This document shows positions 22,392 to 36,100 of a stretch of DNA of 61,895 bases, piece by piece (the first letter of the stretch is position 1; every line of letters starts with the position of its first letter). Origin of the DNA: Carpediemonas membranifera BICM (Eukaryota > Protista > Fornicata); NCBI GenBank assembly GCA_019828565.1, contig JAHDYR010000005.1:1253942-1315836 (forward strand). Direction: 5' to 3'. The notes below the pieces were generated by a model, which saw only the letters and a program-made list of their open reading frames with translations, had not been told where the DNA came from and made no database searches. Position numbers and translations under genes: made by a program.

Positions 22392-24582
22392 ATGCTGAAG
22401 AAATCCGATCCCCCGTTGCTGAAGTCGCCAGATCTGAACGAACTGTTCATCTTTGTGGACAAGTTCAACGATTACCGCGCCTTAGGGGGCAAGCGAGACA
22501 TTGAGAAGCTAATCGACAGCGAGGTTCGGGAGATGGTGACAGCAATCCTACCAGCGGACGATCTTGACGACGCGGAGGAAGAGATCCCTCTCCTCCTTAA
22601 TCAACATCATCGTGCCGCTCGCTCCAGAGCCCAGAAGGACCTCAAGATCATCAAGCGCCTAGGACGCGCTCTCAGACCTACTCAAGAAGTCAACAAGCTC
22701 CGTCTCTTTAGAATCACCGCCAAGGACTTCTCCCCTATCGAAGTTGCTCGAGTCAACAAGAAGTTCCGTATTACCATGGCAGTCGTCCAACCCGAGTTCC
22801 CCCTCGAGACACTACGCGACATATACGTTCGTTGTTTCAAGTTCGGATCCAACCAGACGATGTACCGCATCAAGGAGGTGATCCAGGACATGTCGCTAGA
22901 AGATGCCATGCCGCGCGTTCTAGCCCTATCCAGAACAGTCCAAGAGAGCACCGCGATCGCCGACGCGTTCCAGGACAAGCCGTCCAACGCCGAGCACCAC
23001 CACACGAGCCGTAACTCACACCGACGCAACGATCGCAAGCCTCAGTCACGTCCCACCGAAGACCGTTCGCATGCTACCAGACCTGAACACGCGTCGACTA
23101 AGCCTATCGACAAGAAGGGCAGACGTGATCATTCACAGTTCACTTGCTATAACTGTGGTGGTAAGGGTCACGCCGTCTACGAGTGTAAGAAGCCCAAGAA
23201 CAAGTGTCAGAAGTGCGGGAAGAGCGGACACCTTGACAGGTTCTGTAAATCCCCACAGTACTTGTCCTTGTTCTCGATGACTTCACACAAACGCAAAGAT
23301 AGCCTACCTCTGTGCAAAGTTAAGGTCGAGGGTCGAGACGTCGTTGCCTTGATTGATTCGGGAGCCAACTGCTCCACTATATCCCCCAAGCTGACCAAGG
23401 GTATGACGCGTATATCAGATGAAGAGCGAAGCGTGCGTACAGCCAAGGGAACTATACAGTCCCAAGGTTCCGTGCAAGGGAACATCAAACTCATGCCGTC
23501 AGCCTTTACACCTAAGGCAGTGTCCTTCAAGCCGGAGTTGATTGTGCTAGATACTGAGTTCGACGTCGTCCTGGGGTACCCCCACCTTGTCGAGCTGGGA
23601 ATCCTCCCCGACGTGAACGTAGAGTCAGGGGAATACTCAGACGAAGTCCAGGTCCCCGAAGCTTTCAAGCACAACGCTGCCATTTTTAGTCTATCCGACC
23701 AGTCGACCAAGAGTCAAGCCGAACTGATCAAGAGGTTCTCCGATCTATTCCAAGACCGGGACGAACCTAGCAGGCTAGAGCCGTACGACCTCGTTCTGAA
23801 GGACGATCGGGTCGTGAACGCCAGACCTTACTATGTACCCCCAGCGAAGATACACGTCGTGAGAGAGCACATAGACACGCTGCTAGCCAAGAAATATATC
23901 GAGGCCTGCCAGTCACAATACGCTTCCCCAGCTATGACTGTGCCTAAGAAGGGAGGCAAGTCGCGTTTCGTAGTCGATTTCCGCCGTATTAACGAGCTTA
24001 CTGAGCCGTTCGACTACCCCATCCCTCGTATCGACGAGGTGCTGTCACAGCTCGCAGGACAGAAGATCTTCACGACTCTAGACCTGTCGTCCGGGTACCA
24101 CCAGATCCCTTTGACAGAACGATCAAGACCCCTGACTGCATTTACCACCGTACTAGGGCAGTATCAATACCGACGGATGCCTTTCGGGCTGCGCAACGCA
24201 GGAGCTCACTTCCAGAAGGCCATGGAGCGCGCCTTCGCCGGGCTCGTGGGCAGCTCATGTTACATTTACATCGACGATATTATTGTCTTCGGCAGCGACG
24301 AGGCCGAATATCTCGCGAACCTCGAAAGAGTCCTGGACCGTGCGCGTAAGGTCAAGCTCCAGCTCAATCGCGAGAAATGCCAATTCGGCAGGCAGGAGGT
24401 CGAGTTCTTAGGTTGGGTTGTCAATGATGGGCAGGTGAGCATCGCACCCAGCCGTGTAGACGACATCGCAAATCTCCAGATGCCGACATCCATCAAGGGC
24501 ATGCAGGGCCTAGTAGGATTCCTCAACTATTTCCGGGATCACATCCCCCATTTTGCGGAAATCGGACACCCGTTAATCAAAG
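22392..24582 (+). CDS. Gypsy-1 gag-protease-RT (5' part of the polyprotein)
   Basis: Two CCHC knuckles (CYNCGGKGHAVYEC, CQKCGKSGHLDRFC), ALIDSGA, RFVVDFRRIN, LDLSSGYHQI, MPFGL, YIDDI. The frame continues at 31376 (PLIK|AMSGH). Confidence 0.95.
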
Positions 24583-24838
24583 CATACTGTCAATTCCTTG
24601 ACTTCAAGTCAAGTTTTTGTGACTTAAAGTCAAGGCCAAAACTTGAATTTAAGTCAAGACGTTTGAATTAATCAGAGGAGCCAGGCTCTGTCAGTAAATA
24701 AGAATGGTATGGCTGGGTAGCAGTACTAGTTCTCTATTCACTGCATTGATGGCTAACTGTGGGCTAAGCTGTGACCTGAGTATGGGTGACTTCTTCTTGA
24801 CGACGAGAGCCATTTTTTTCAAGTTCGACCACTTCGGC

Positions 24839-24921
24839 TCTGTCCCCTTCGCAGTTTTTTGCAGGATCTGATCTACACCAGTAGTGCTTGTGATCCAACA
24901 AAAATCTGCGAAGGGGACAGA
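24839..24921. repeat. Subterminal hairpin of element B
   Basis: TCTGTCCCCTTCGCAG (24839-24854) pairs with CTGCGAAGGGGACAGA (24906-24921). Confidence 0.85.
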
Positions 24922-25809
24922 ACAGATCTTGAGATTTTTAGCAAAAGACTCGGGCCGAGTCGAGAGGCGTTATTGATGAGCGCACAGCTCAGGGAATTTT
25001 TCTACGCTGCAACTAAAAACCAAGAGGCCGAGTAAACACAAGTATTACTACACGATGATGCCCAGACCGTCGTGTAAGGAGAACATTCTTGGGCGGTCAA
25101 CGCGAAGAAAAAGTTAAAGTTATTGGAATTAAAATGACGGCAATGTACTCGCCCTTGGCTGAAACCTCAGGCATAATGGTTTCAGGTGTGAACTCTTCCA
25201 ATTGGGGGAGTTATTGTTCAGTTTAAGGTCACGCCGCCTGCATGAAAAAAATGGTAATGACGGAAGCAATGTCGGAGATATCCAGAAATGACTGTGATAG
25301 AGCTCATAGCAAGACAGCATTCGAGATATGTGCCCATCTGAGCATGCTTTCGCTCATTCTAGATGGCATAAGCCTCTTTTCCCACAACTAATCAATATCA
25401 AGTCGGCTTTTACTCAGTATCGCTCGCTCAGACATCTGAAACGTCCCCATTGGCAATATAATACTGCTGGAACAGTGAAGTGGCGAGCATAGAGTTCTAT
25501 TGATGACGAAAGGTTGCGACCGGCAAGCGCCTGGTTCATACGGCCATTTGGGGCGGTGCGAGAGTCAATCTCGTTAATGAAAGGTAGGATGATGCGCGTA
25601 TGAGTGTTTGTAGGGTCACTAACGACCTTAATGACGAGTTAGGACGTGTGTGGCAGGGCCGTGCGCTGCCGGAATACACAGGGCAGATTCGCCCCGTTGA
25701 TTCCAGAAGCTCGCCGCTCTTCCACGCACGATAGTCAATACAGGGATAGATACACATCTGGACCTCTTTTGTACAGCCAACCAGGCTCCGCATAAACTGC
25801 GCATTTCAG

Positions 25810-26040
25810 ATGACGCCCGATGAAGAAAACACACGAGCGACGCCGGTATCGCCGGCGAAACGTATAGCATTAACGATTGAAGGGATAGAATTGGAGCTAG
25901 ACGTTGTTTATGGGATTCAACGAGCGCACTTCATTGATTCTCGCATTGATGGTGAATTAGAGCAGATGAAGCGCTGCACGGCAAGGATCAAGACATTTTG
26001 TTCATACTACATAGCAAATTACAACGAGTTTTCGATGTGA
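25810..26040 (+). CDS. Small conserved ORF (FIDSR motif), homolog of 7549-7755
   Basis: Sequence motif and position are both conserved between elements A and B. Confidence 0.5.
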   Translation: MTPDEENTRATPVSPAKRIALTIEGIELELDVVYGIQRAHFIDSRIDGELEQMKRCTARIKTFCSYYIANYNEFSM

Positions 26041-27305
26041 ATAGATCAGTAAATAGAGAGAAAACCTGTAGCAGCCGATAAACACTGTCAGTCAACAGCC
26101 CAACCGAAGACACGCCAAAACACAAGCACAAGTCAGTTTTACTCAGTTTGATTCCCGCAATTGCAGAGTAGTTCTCATGGCAGTCTTTGCAGAGCTTATA
26201 TGTCACTCTTCGGGCGTCGACAACTCCGGTGATCGTTTCGCTCTCTAAACATCCCTTCAGACCGCAGTACCAGTGGCCACAGATCCGGCAGTGATAAGCT
26301 TTGGCGGCCAGGTTCATCTTGCCACACTCTGCGCACTCATCCCGAGCACACTCTGGGCAGACCTTCTTCTTCCAGGACTTGGAACACTTTGAATGGAACC
26401 AACGCTTGCATGAGTCACAGAATGGATGCATGCTGCTGCCAACGTTGGTCACCCAGTCTAGACAGTGGCACTTGCCGCAGCCGTAGCTGAGGCGACGGAG
26501 CTCCAGCTGCACAAGCTGCACGTTTTCTTCGGCGGGCTGGGCAGACCGACCCTCTGCCTCTTCAACAACATCTTCATCGCTGGAATCATACTTCGACCGC
26601 TTCATGTCAAACTTCTCATTCAGCTGGAGAAGATCTCTGTGGACCAGCTGAAGTCTATCATCGAGGTCGTCACGTTCTCTGCGGGGAACTGGATCGGGTT
26701 TCACGTTGCCAAGGATGCTGTCTGGTGCTTCGCTCTTCACATCGGCACATGCCGGAGGTGGAGTGCGAACGGCAACCATGGTTCTCGACTGTCTTCTTGC
26801 TGCCTCGATACGGAACCATGTTTCTCACATCCTCACAAGGCAGACCACGCGGAACCTGAATCGATCTGCTTTCGATATCCTTCAAACCAACAAGATCCAG
26901 AATCTCTCGAACGGCATCCGTCATGATGGAGGTGTTGCTGTGCCTTTTCAGCGCGGTAACCTGATGGAAGATGCGACTGGTGTTGTAGGCGATGGTGTAG
27001 CCGATCCTCACACCCCACTTCCGCACGTGACACTGGGCAAATCTGCCAGTCGTCATGTTCTTGTTCTTCTCATCTTTGGAGACGATAAGAAGCTTCTCAA
27101 ACATGACTGAGATCGGGACAAGGATATGCTTCACTTGGTTGTTGAAGGAGTTCACGATTGCTTCGGCGGATAGGCCAGATTGCTCATCATCAACGTCGTT
27201 TGAGATGACGAAGAACGTATCAAGCATTGCAGCAGCAAAAATGGCACGGCATACGGTGATCTTTCTGTCAGAAAGAGACTTTATAGCCTTACTGTCTTCT
27301 ACCAT
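25988..27305 (-). CDS. PHD-like and FYVE-like zinc-finger accessory protein of element B (frameshift near 26780)
   Basis: CGKC..W..CDSCKRWFHSKC..CPEC (C4HC3 pattern), then CAEC..HCRICGHWYCGLKGC..LCKDC. Confidence 0.7.
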
Positions 27306-27352
27306 ATGGATCTAAAGGAGAATTTCAGTGATTTTTGGTTTACTAAGTGAGT

Positions 27353-29060
27353 ATGTCACAAATGAGGGCTACGCTTCGCTGGGAGCTTCAAGATGCTCTT
27401 ATCTTTGCTCCAAGAGACGAGGAGAACGTGAATATTATTCTTGCTAATGTGTACCGCTCTCTTGATCCCGAGTTTGGACGTCGCGCTGTTGGAAGCGCCG
27501 AAGGAACGGGCTCCAAGGAACTGGCACGCCATACGTTCTCTCACATCGTTCATGAGCTCGTCAATTCTGCTATCATTGATCGAGAAGAGGTTGATCAGGC
27601 GTTCTTGGCTATCAACCCACGTAAGTTCGCTGGAGTCGTGAGGAGCTATACCCAACAACGCTTTTGGACAGAGGCTTTCGTCTCACGCCACCGTGAGATA
27701 CCACGCCTTCAGGATCGCATTGCGGTCCTCGAGCGGACAGTTGCTAACACTGAACGAGTCATGTGCTTAGTGAACGCCCTTCGGTCGGTCTCAGAGGGCG
27801 TCAATTCTGTCTCTGACAGCGTTGTCATATTTAACAACATCGCGTCCAAGCTTGGCTGTGGGGAGGAGGTGATTCGACAGTCGAACAACCAGTTGAGGTT
27901 GATGAGCGTCGATGGTGACATCAGGAGACTAAGCGGCATCGAAGCCATTCTTTCCGAAAAACAGTTCGACTTCCTCGCCCCACTAGTGCCGACAACACTC
28001 GAAACAGGTCACAATACGTTCAGGTACAAGGATGACAAGGCGTACCCCCTAGAGCAGACGCTGCGCTTCCGTGCATCAGAGGATGACATCCCCCTTGTCA
28101 GAGACTCGGCCAGATCCATTGGTATTGACGCCGACGTTTCGGTGGAGGGTGCTTTCATGACGGTTTTCTACAACTCGGTGACTGCTCGCGATGCACACAT
28201 CCCGCACCTGAAAACTCTCGGTTTCACGCTGAAGAAGCTCACGAGCGCCACATGGCAGTATGTCCAAGAGGCACATTTTGATCTTCGTGCCCACTTCGAG
28301 AAACTTGTCGCATATCCACAGGCCGCTTGTCTGACCGTCAAGGAGCGTGATGCAGTCAGTGCCGCTCTGAACCAACAGCGGTCACACGTTGACCCAGACG
28401 AACAGCCCCGGACCATTCCTCTCGTCCTCATTGTTTGGTTCGATGCCTGGAAGAGCCAGACGACAGCCCTGAAGTGCCGCTTCTACGATCCCAATGGCTT
28501 CGTGTTTCCCTCGATTCTGACGCCCCCTTTTCGCGTGTTAGAATACCAAGGTAAGGAAAGTGACATCCGGTCACATTTCTCTGTTGTCGATCAGATCATT
28601 GACATGGCTTGCAAGGCTGTGCCAAAGGTACGAGACACACGTCATTACTGCTCGATCGAGAAGCTCATACTGATCGCTGACCACCCTGCTATGGCGAAGA
28701 TGATCGGAACCACATGCGGCGGTGACTATCCCTCCCCATTCCAGCCAATCCACGCGGCAAACAAGGGGTGGAGTCCATTCGGCGTTAGATATCGTTTGTC
28801 GCTGTACGATGTTGTGAAGGCAAAGCAGATGGTCAGTGACGCAGAGCCTGGGGTCGACCTGACTCTTGAGTGGGGATCTTTCAAGGCCAAGAAGGAGAAA
28901 GTGATTCGCCCCACGATGCTCGCATCAACAGAGATACCGCTCTCGGAAGTATATATATCCCCGCCAATCATGCACATCAGTCACGATCTGATCGAGCAGT
29001 TCGGAAATATCTTTAAGATGTTCCCCAGCTACACCGTTGAAGGGCGCGGAGAGGAGAGAG
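27353..29060 (+). CDS. CMC-like transposase of element B, C-terminally truncated by the minisatellite
   Basis: LIVWFDAW, LIADHPAMAKMIG..GGDYPSPF, PPIMHISHD. Homology to transposase A stops at the repeat array. Confidence 0.75.
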
Positions 29061-29745
29061 CCTCATCCTGGCGCCTCATCTCTGGCGCCCTCATCCCTGG
29101 CGCCTCATCTCTGGCGCCTCATCTCTGGCGCCTCATCCCTGGCGCCTCATCCCTGGCGCCCTCATCCCTGGCGCCTCATCTCTGGCGCCTCATCCTGGCG
29201 CCTCATCCCTGGCGCCTCATCCCTGGCGCCTCATTCCTGGCGCCTCATCCCTGGCGCCTCATCCCTGGCGCCTCATCCATGGCGCCTCATCCCTGGCGCC
29301 TCATCCCTGGCGCCTCATCTCTGGCGCCTCATCCTGGCGCCTCATCCCTGGCGCCTCATCCCTGGCGCCTCATCCCTGGCGCCTCATCCCTGGCGCCTCA
29401 TCCCTGGCGCCTCATCTCTGGCGCCTCATCCCTGGCGCCTCATCCCTGGCGCCTCATCCCTGGCGCCTCATCCCTGGCGCCTCATCCATGGCGCCTCATC
29501 CCTGGCGCCTCATCTCTGGCGCCTCATCCTGGCGCCTCATCCCTGGCGCCTCATCCCTGGCGCCTCATCCCTGGCGCCTCATCCTGGCGCCTCATCCCTG
29601 GCGCCTCATCCCTGGCGCCCTCATCCCTGGCGCCTCATCTCTGGCGCCTCATCCTGGCGCCTCATCCCTGGCGCCTCATCCCTGGCGCCTCATCCATGGC
29701 GCCTCATCCCTGGCTCCCTCATCCTGGCGCCTCATCCCTGGCGCC
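29060..29745 (+). repeat. 14-bp minisatellite (GGCGCCTCATCCCT)n with 13- and 15-bp variants
   Basis: Directly visible tandem array. Confidence 0.98.
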
Positions 29746-31375
29746 CACACAGCACCCCTACGCCAGCGCCATCTGCGCCACGCCCACACCGCAACCGCCA
29801 GCCCCACGCCAGCCCCGCATCACCGGCGCCCTCAACAGCAAGTTCCATCATCCACATCACTCCCTAACAACATCAACGACTCGCCTACCACCGACAGCGA
29901 TGGCGAAGTCTGCGTTGATGTCGCCAGTGCCAACCCAGCTGGCATACGCGTCGCAATGAATGAAAATGTTTACGTGTTCTCTTCGTCCCTTCTATCGTCC
30001 AGGATCTGCTGTCAGACGTTCATGAGCGATCATCCCTTATCCTGCGGAGCAGCCCAACATCAGCTCAAGCGGTTCTGAGCATGCGTACAATGCTTCTGGG
30101 GCATGCAGAGTGATCATGTAGGAGCTTTATCACGATTCCAGGCTAGTTAGTGAGGGAATTCGTCTGCAGTTCCCGGCAAATCTCATTATCTCCATTATTG
30201 CTGCAGTATTCAAAGTAAACGCGAACAATACGATCTGTCTCCATTCATTGGCGCCTCGAGGAGCGCTTCAGTGCCTCTAGAGCGTGCTTCAGCAGCATTT
30301 CGATCGAGATTAAAAATCACCCGAATTCTAGCTCTGTTCTGGCCGCTGCAGGCACCGCTGGGCGCAATAGAGCTCGGAGCGGCGTTGTCTGCCAAAAAGA
30401 GCATATTGCTCCCGGTGAAAATTGAACCCACGATCAGGAGGCTGGGTAGCAAAGACTCTTCCCTCTATGCCACGACTTATGGGAAATCCGCCCTTATTAA
30501 GCTTCCTACAGGGAATATAGGCCATTTTGGAGGTATGAGCGACTGGGAGGGGGAGTTTGGGGGGCATTTACGGTATGGCTGGAGTCTACTCGGGCAGACT
30601 ATTATAACGAGGCTCAGATCAGACCTCTACGGCAGCTATACGAGGAGAAACGCGCCAGTAAGGGCACTAGCGGCCCATGGCCGCAGCAGCGCCCAGCCAA
30701 ACTCAGCTATAGGGTCACCTGAGGCCCCAAATGACGTGCTGATCAGGTCGACTCCCATCTATTGACTTGGTAATTGCAGAGGGCGTCTGAACGCGATGTC
30801 CTAATAACCGACTTGGTCGGAGCGGTTCGGCGATGACTCCGTTGTATTCCACACCTTCTTTTAATGCCGAAACATGCAGTCCTTTAGAGTCAACGCGCGT
30901 CCTGTCCGTCAGGCGAAGGGCATTCAGCAGAGGCATTGCTGCGGTCTGCAGGCCGCCCTAGCGCTTCAGGATGGCCAACTGCATGATCTGGACCCATGTC
31001 TATCAAATCCATTTTGATCACATCAAACGTGTGTCAAATCCGGCAAATCGATTTTTCGATTAAAAAAGGGGCAGAGGGGAGGAAGCGACCCATAAGGCGT
31101 ACCTATGGACCATTTCCTCCCCCCTGCCCGTTTTTTGAGTCTCAACTCTCAATTCCAAATTGTCCCTATGTTACTTTTTTCTAGCAGGATTTAAAGTTTG
31201 ATACTGCGCATGCGTATTGCTTAGGTATAGCCAAGTACTACCATACCACTTTGAAGATCCAGCTCCGGCTCATCGTCGAGTTCATTTTTTCTTGCAAAAT
31301 GACTTAAAGTCAAGTTTTGTCCTTGACTTTAAGTCACAAAAACTTGACTTGAAGTCAAGGAATTGACAGTATGAG

Positions 31376-33119
31376 CTATGTCCGGTCACACAAGTCTCGG
31401 CCTGACCGCCCAGCAGGAGGCCCTCGATAAGCTCAAGCAGAGCCTTACCTCCGCTGACGCCCTAGCAATTTTCGACGCCACGAAGGAGCATTCTATAATG
31501 ACCGACGCCTCGGGAGTGGGGTACGGCGCAGTCCTATTGCAAGAGGGCAAGCCTGTCTGTTACATGTCGAAGGCCTTCAACGCCACACAGTCTCGTTGGT
31601 CAACGATTGAGAAGGAGGCGTACGCCATTGTGGCGGCCTTGCAGCGCTGGCGCAAGTTCCTTGCCTGGGGACCTTTCTCCATACTCACTGACCACCGAAA
31701 CCTTACCTTCATGTACCGTAGCATCAACCCGAAAGTCAGGAGGTGGGCCGATGCCATTTCCGACTTGGACTTTGAGATTAAGCACGTCGCCGGCCTGGAC
31801 AATGGAGCCGCAGATGGTCTGTCCCGTGTGTTTACTATGTTCACTCGCAAAGCTACGACCGATGAGATTGAAGAAGCACACACCACCGCCGGCGCCCATC
31901 TATCTCGACGACTAACGACCGAGAAGCTTAGAGCCGAAGGGTTGTCGGTGTCGAGAGCCGCAGTCGACCAGGTGATTGCAGCTTGCCCGGTGTGCCAAGT
32001 CCTCGAGAGACCCCACGTCGATACACCGGATGGTCTGCATACCGCCGTTGATGAACCGTTTAAGCGAGTAGCCATCGACACCTTAGGTCCGTTCCCCAAG
32101 TCGCAGGGGTTCACGCACATCTCCGTCATCATAGATATGTGTAGTAGGTGGACCGAGTTGGTTCCAGTTACAGGTACGACTGCGCAAGCCGCAGTTACGG
32201 CGTTCGTTAATAACTGGGTCTTACGCTATGGCTGCCCCGAGGTCTTACAGACTGACGGCGGGCCCGAGTTTAACAATCAGCTCATGAAGTCCCTGGCCGA
32301 CGAGATGGGTTTCCACACCCATGTTACGACTCCACATCACCCGCAATCTAATGGCATCGTCGAACGGGCCAACAGTGGAGTTCTCAAAATCTTGAAGGCC
32401 AGAAAGTTCCATTTCCGGGACGCGGACTGGGTCAAGCACTTACCTGTCGCACAATTTATCGTCAATTCGACGCCCAGGATACCCACTCACCTCTCACCAT
32501 CCGAGATCATACTAGGTGTCAACATCAGGATCCCGAACGAGATCATCATCTGCACCCACTCGACTAGCGCCGAATACAGGACAGACGCGCGGCGGCTGGC
32601 CAAGCCATCCAGCTAGCGAAGGCTAGAATTCAGGCAATGAGAGAGGACGCTCTCGCAAACGCCGCATCGTCACGTCAGGAGTTACTGTGCCGGTTCGTGT
32701 TGGTCAAGTACCCAGCCAGACCTCCCAACAAGCTGATGCCAGGATGGCGAGGGCCCATGCGACGGGTCAGTGCGGTTAAGCAAGATGGCGTGACGGTCGC
32801 CTATGAAGTTCAGGACCTCAACCAGGGAAGCCAAGGCAAGATATTGAAGGTCGACGCCTCGCGCGTACGCAGATTTAACCCTGGCAATCTATCCGAGCGA
32901 GAGATCAAGGACTTGGCCGCCACGGCGAACGATGAGTGGGAAGTGGACCGTATTTCCAAATCGCGAGGGAACGGAACACGAACCAAACGCGAATACCGCG
33001 TTCACTGGTCTGGTTTCGAGGACGAGGAGGCGACATGGCAGGATTGGGACTCCGTCAAGGACCTGGAAGCATTAGATATATATTTGAAGTCTGACCAAGC
33101 CAAACTGGACGGTCTATAA
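31376..33119 (+). CDS. Gypsy-1 RNase H, integrase and chromodomain (frameshift near 32600)
   Basis: MTDASGVGYGAVL, EKEAYAI, TDHRNL, ADGLSR, H..H..CPVC, IDTLGP, QTDGG, NGIVER, WRGP, EWEVDRI..YRVHWSGF..ATW. Confidence 0.95.
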
Positions 33120-33161
33120 ATCTTCACCACATCTAATCGCTCCAGCGTCAAGTCATCAGAT

Positions 33162-36100
33162 TTATTCGTCGTCCGACTCCTCGGTATCGGTCAGCTCGAC
33201 CAACCAAGACGCGTCAGCGTGGCGCTCAAGATCGTGCTCAGCAAGATAGTCGCGCACACAACGGACGAGACAGAGATCGGCGTTCAGCCAGACGATGCTG
33301 AGGCCAGAGTAACCCTCATACTGGAGTATGAGAGCGAAGGTCCCAGGTCCACGAGTCGTTTTGAGGAATTCATGACGGACAACACACGTCACGGTGTAGT
33401 AACGGTCCGGGTCCGAGACCTGAATAGGCTCCCAGTGGACCTCGTCACCGATCGCAGGCAGGTGACCCTCGCGACACAGCTCGTCGACCAGGGTTGCCCA
33501 GAAGGCGCTGGGAGCTGAGATCATGCAGTCAATTCTGGTACCTTTTCTGGAACAAATGGTTCCAGAATTGGTTCCAGAATGCCAGAAAAAATGGCATTTG
33601 CAAGAAAAACTAAACGCGTTCAAACAATTTAGCGACGCCTTGCCACGGGGTGTAAAGCAATATGCAACTAATACTGGGCCCAAGGAACGTTGATACGTAC
33701 TGCTCTCATGAACTCACTCACTTTTCAGCAGAGCTCGACCAAAAACTAACAGAGGCTTGCCCGAGGTGTGCTTAAGCCAGCTCCAACTCTCTCTCAGTCT
33801 GTGACAGCTCCCCCAAAAAATTATTCTTGCTCAAAGTTGAGGTTTTCGGGAAATACTGCCAAAAAAGTTTGCTTCTGCTCAAGAACGGGGGATGCGCGTT
33901 GGATACCGACACCGTTACGTAACAGTTTAACATTCATTATAACAGCGCTAGCCTCCAGATTTCCTTGCGCACGCCTTTATCTGGAGAAAATAGCACAAAC
34001 TTTCGCAAGCAAACGCAAATCGATAGAAAAATATGTTTCATGTCCAACGGAGCTAAAACTGAGCACAGTGTTATTCATCCTTCTATTCTACTAGTTTATC
34101 ACTTCAAAAGGATCTGAACTTCAGTATTGATGGTGTTATAGGCACTGGTTCGGTTCGAGTCAAAACTGACTAAACTGTGACGACGGCTAGGTGTTGAAAC
34201 ATGCCATACTCACTCGTAGCGTGGCGCTTAATAGTGCCAGAATTGCTTCACTGCCACAAATCAATGGAGGTTCATGTTTGTGCATAAAGTACACAAACAT
34301 GAGAAGACACGAATTCGTCACTGAATTAGAGACGATGCGCATAAGAATCAAAGATTTGGTTCAAATAGAGGAATACTACCTCTTTGCAGACGATATCGCG
34401 AAGGAATACCTTGATGTTGCGTCCATATACCTGATGAAGGCAATCCTACGTTCTCAGTGAGGCAACTAGCAAACATGAACCGTATCAAGAGACAAATATT
34501 GAAGCACTCCCCGTCCACATCATGTTTGATAAATTTTCTGGTGTCATTCTGCTGTTAATATCAGACAAGCAAACAACGTAGTGATGCGGAGAGACCGCGT
34601 GGCAGGGCATGATGCACCTGTTGATACCAGGAGCGCTGTCTGGTATGATGATTAATTGCAACGAACGCGATCACCGGAAATTACCTTACCTTACCTTACC
34701 TGCAGGTACCATGGGTGTTCGTTTTCGTCTCTAAACGCCATCGTGTAAGAGCATAAAGAGCATTTTCTGTTTACTGTGCCGTTGGGGGATTGATGGCGCT
34801 GGCGTAGGGGTGCTGTGTAGGCGCCAGGGATGAGGCGCCAGGGATGAGGCGCCAGGGATGAGGCGCCAGGGATGAGGCGCCAGGGATGAGGCGCCAGAGA
34901 TGAGGCGCCATGAATGAGGCGCCAGGATGAGGCGCCAGGGATGAGGCGCCAGAGATGAGGCGCCATGAATGAGGCGCCAGAGATGAGGCGCCAGGGATGA
35001 GGCGCCAGGATGAGGCGCCAGAGATGAGGCGCCAGGGATGAGGCGCCAGGATGAGGCGCCAGGGATGAGGCGCCAGAGATGAGGCGCCAGGGATGAGGCG
35101 CCAGGAATGAGGCGCCAGGATGAGGCGCCAGGATGAGGGCGCCAGAGATGAGGCGCCAGGGATGAGGCGCCAGAGATGAGGCGCCAGGGATGAGGCGCCA
35201 GGATGAGGGCGCCAGAGATGAGGGCGCCAGGGATGAGGGCGCCAGGGATGAGGCGCCAGAGATGAGGCGCCATGAATGAGGCGCCAGAGATGAGGCGCCA
35301 GGGATGAGGGCGCCAGAGATGAGGCGCCAGGGATGAGGCGCCAGGATGAGGGCGCCAGAGATGAGGCGCCAGGATGAGGCGCCAGAGATGAGGCGCCAGG
35401 GATGAGGCGCCAGAGATGAGGCGCCAGGGATGAGGGCGCCAGAGATGAGGCGCCAGGGATGAGGCGCCAGGATGAGGGCGCCAGAGATGAGGCGCCAGGG
35501 ATGAGGCGCCAGGGATGAGGCGCCAGAGATGAGGCGCCAGGGATGAGGCGCCAGGATGAGGGCGCCAGAGATGAGGCGCCAGGGATGAGGCGCCAGAGAT
35601 GAGGCGCCAGGGATGAGGCGCCAGGATGAGGCGCCAGGGATGAGGCGCCAGAGATGAGGCGCCAGGGATGAGGCGCCAGGAATGAGGCGCCAGGATGAGG
35701 CGCCAGGATGAGGGCGCCAGAGATGAGGCGCCAGGGATGAGGCGCCAGAGATGAGGCGCCAGGGATGAGGCGCCAGGATGAGGGCGCCAGAGATGAGGGC
35801 GCCAGGGATGAGGGCGCCAGGGATGAGGCGCCAGAGATGAGGCGCCATGAATGAGGCGCCAGAGATGAGGCGCCAGGGATGAGGGCGCCAGAGATGAGGC
35901 GCCAGGATGAGGCGCCAGGGATGAGGCGCCAGGAATGAGGAGTACAGTATTAGAACCCCGAAAACACCATAATACCAACACCAATGAGCTTCATCAAAGA
36001 AAAGATATGCTCACTGGCGCCGGTTATGGCGTTTTCGGGGTTCGTCGACCATTCTGCTCCCAAATCTGCACCTGTATTTTCGTGAGCATGCCCGGGAGCT

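Larger units (their letters stand above)
24583..31373 (+). mobile_element. TIR DNA transposon B (6791 bp, CACTA/CMC-like) inserted in Gypsy-1 pol
   Basis: TIR CATACTGTCAATTCCTTGACTTCAAGTCAAG... at both ends (at least 53 bp). 2-bp TSD AG at 24581-24582 and 31374-31375. Excision restores the pol frame. Confidence 0.95.

Noticed and set aside
29037-29959. Long ORFs made of LAPHPWRLIPGASS repeats (also 34691-35984)
   Set aside because: They are translations of a stop-free 14-bp minisatellite that is open in all three frames, so they are not evidence of a protein.
34820-35940. Possible CRISPR array or telomeric repeat
   Set aside because: There are no unique spacers and no cas genes. The arrays are internal to transposons and are not simple telomere-type units.
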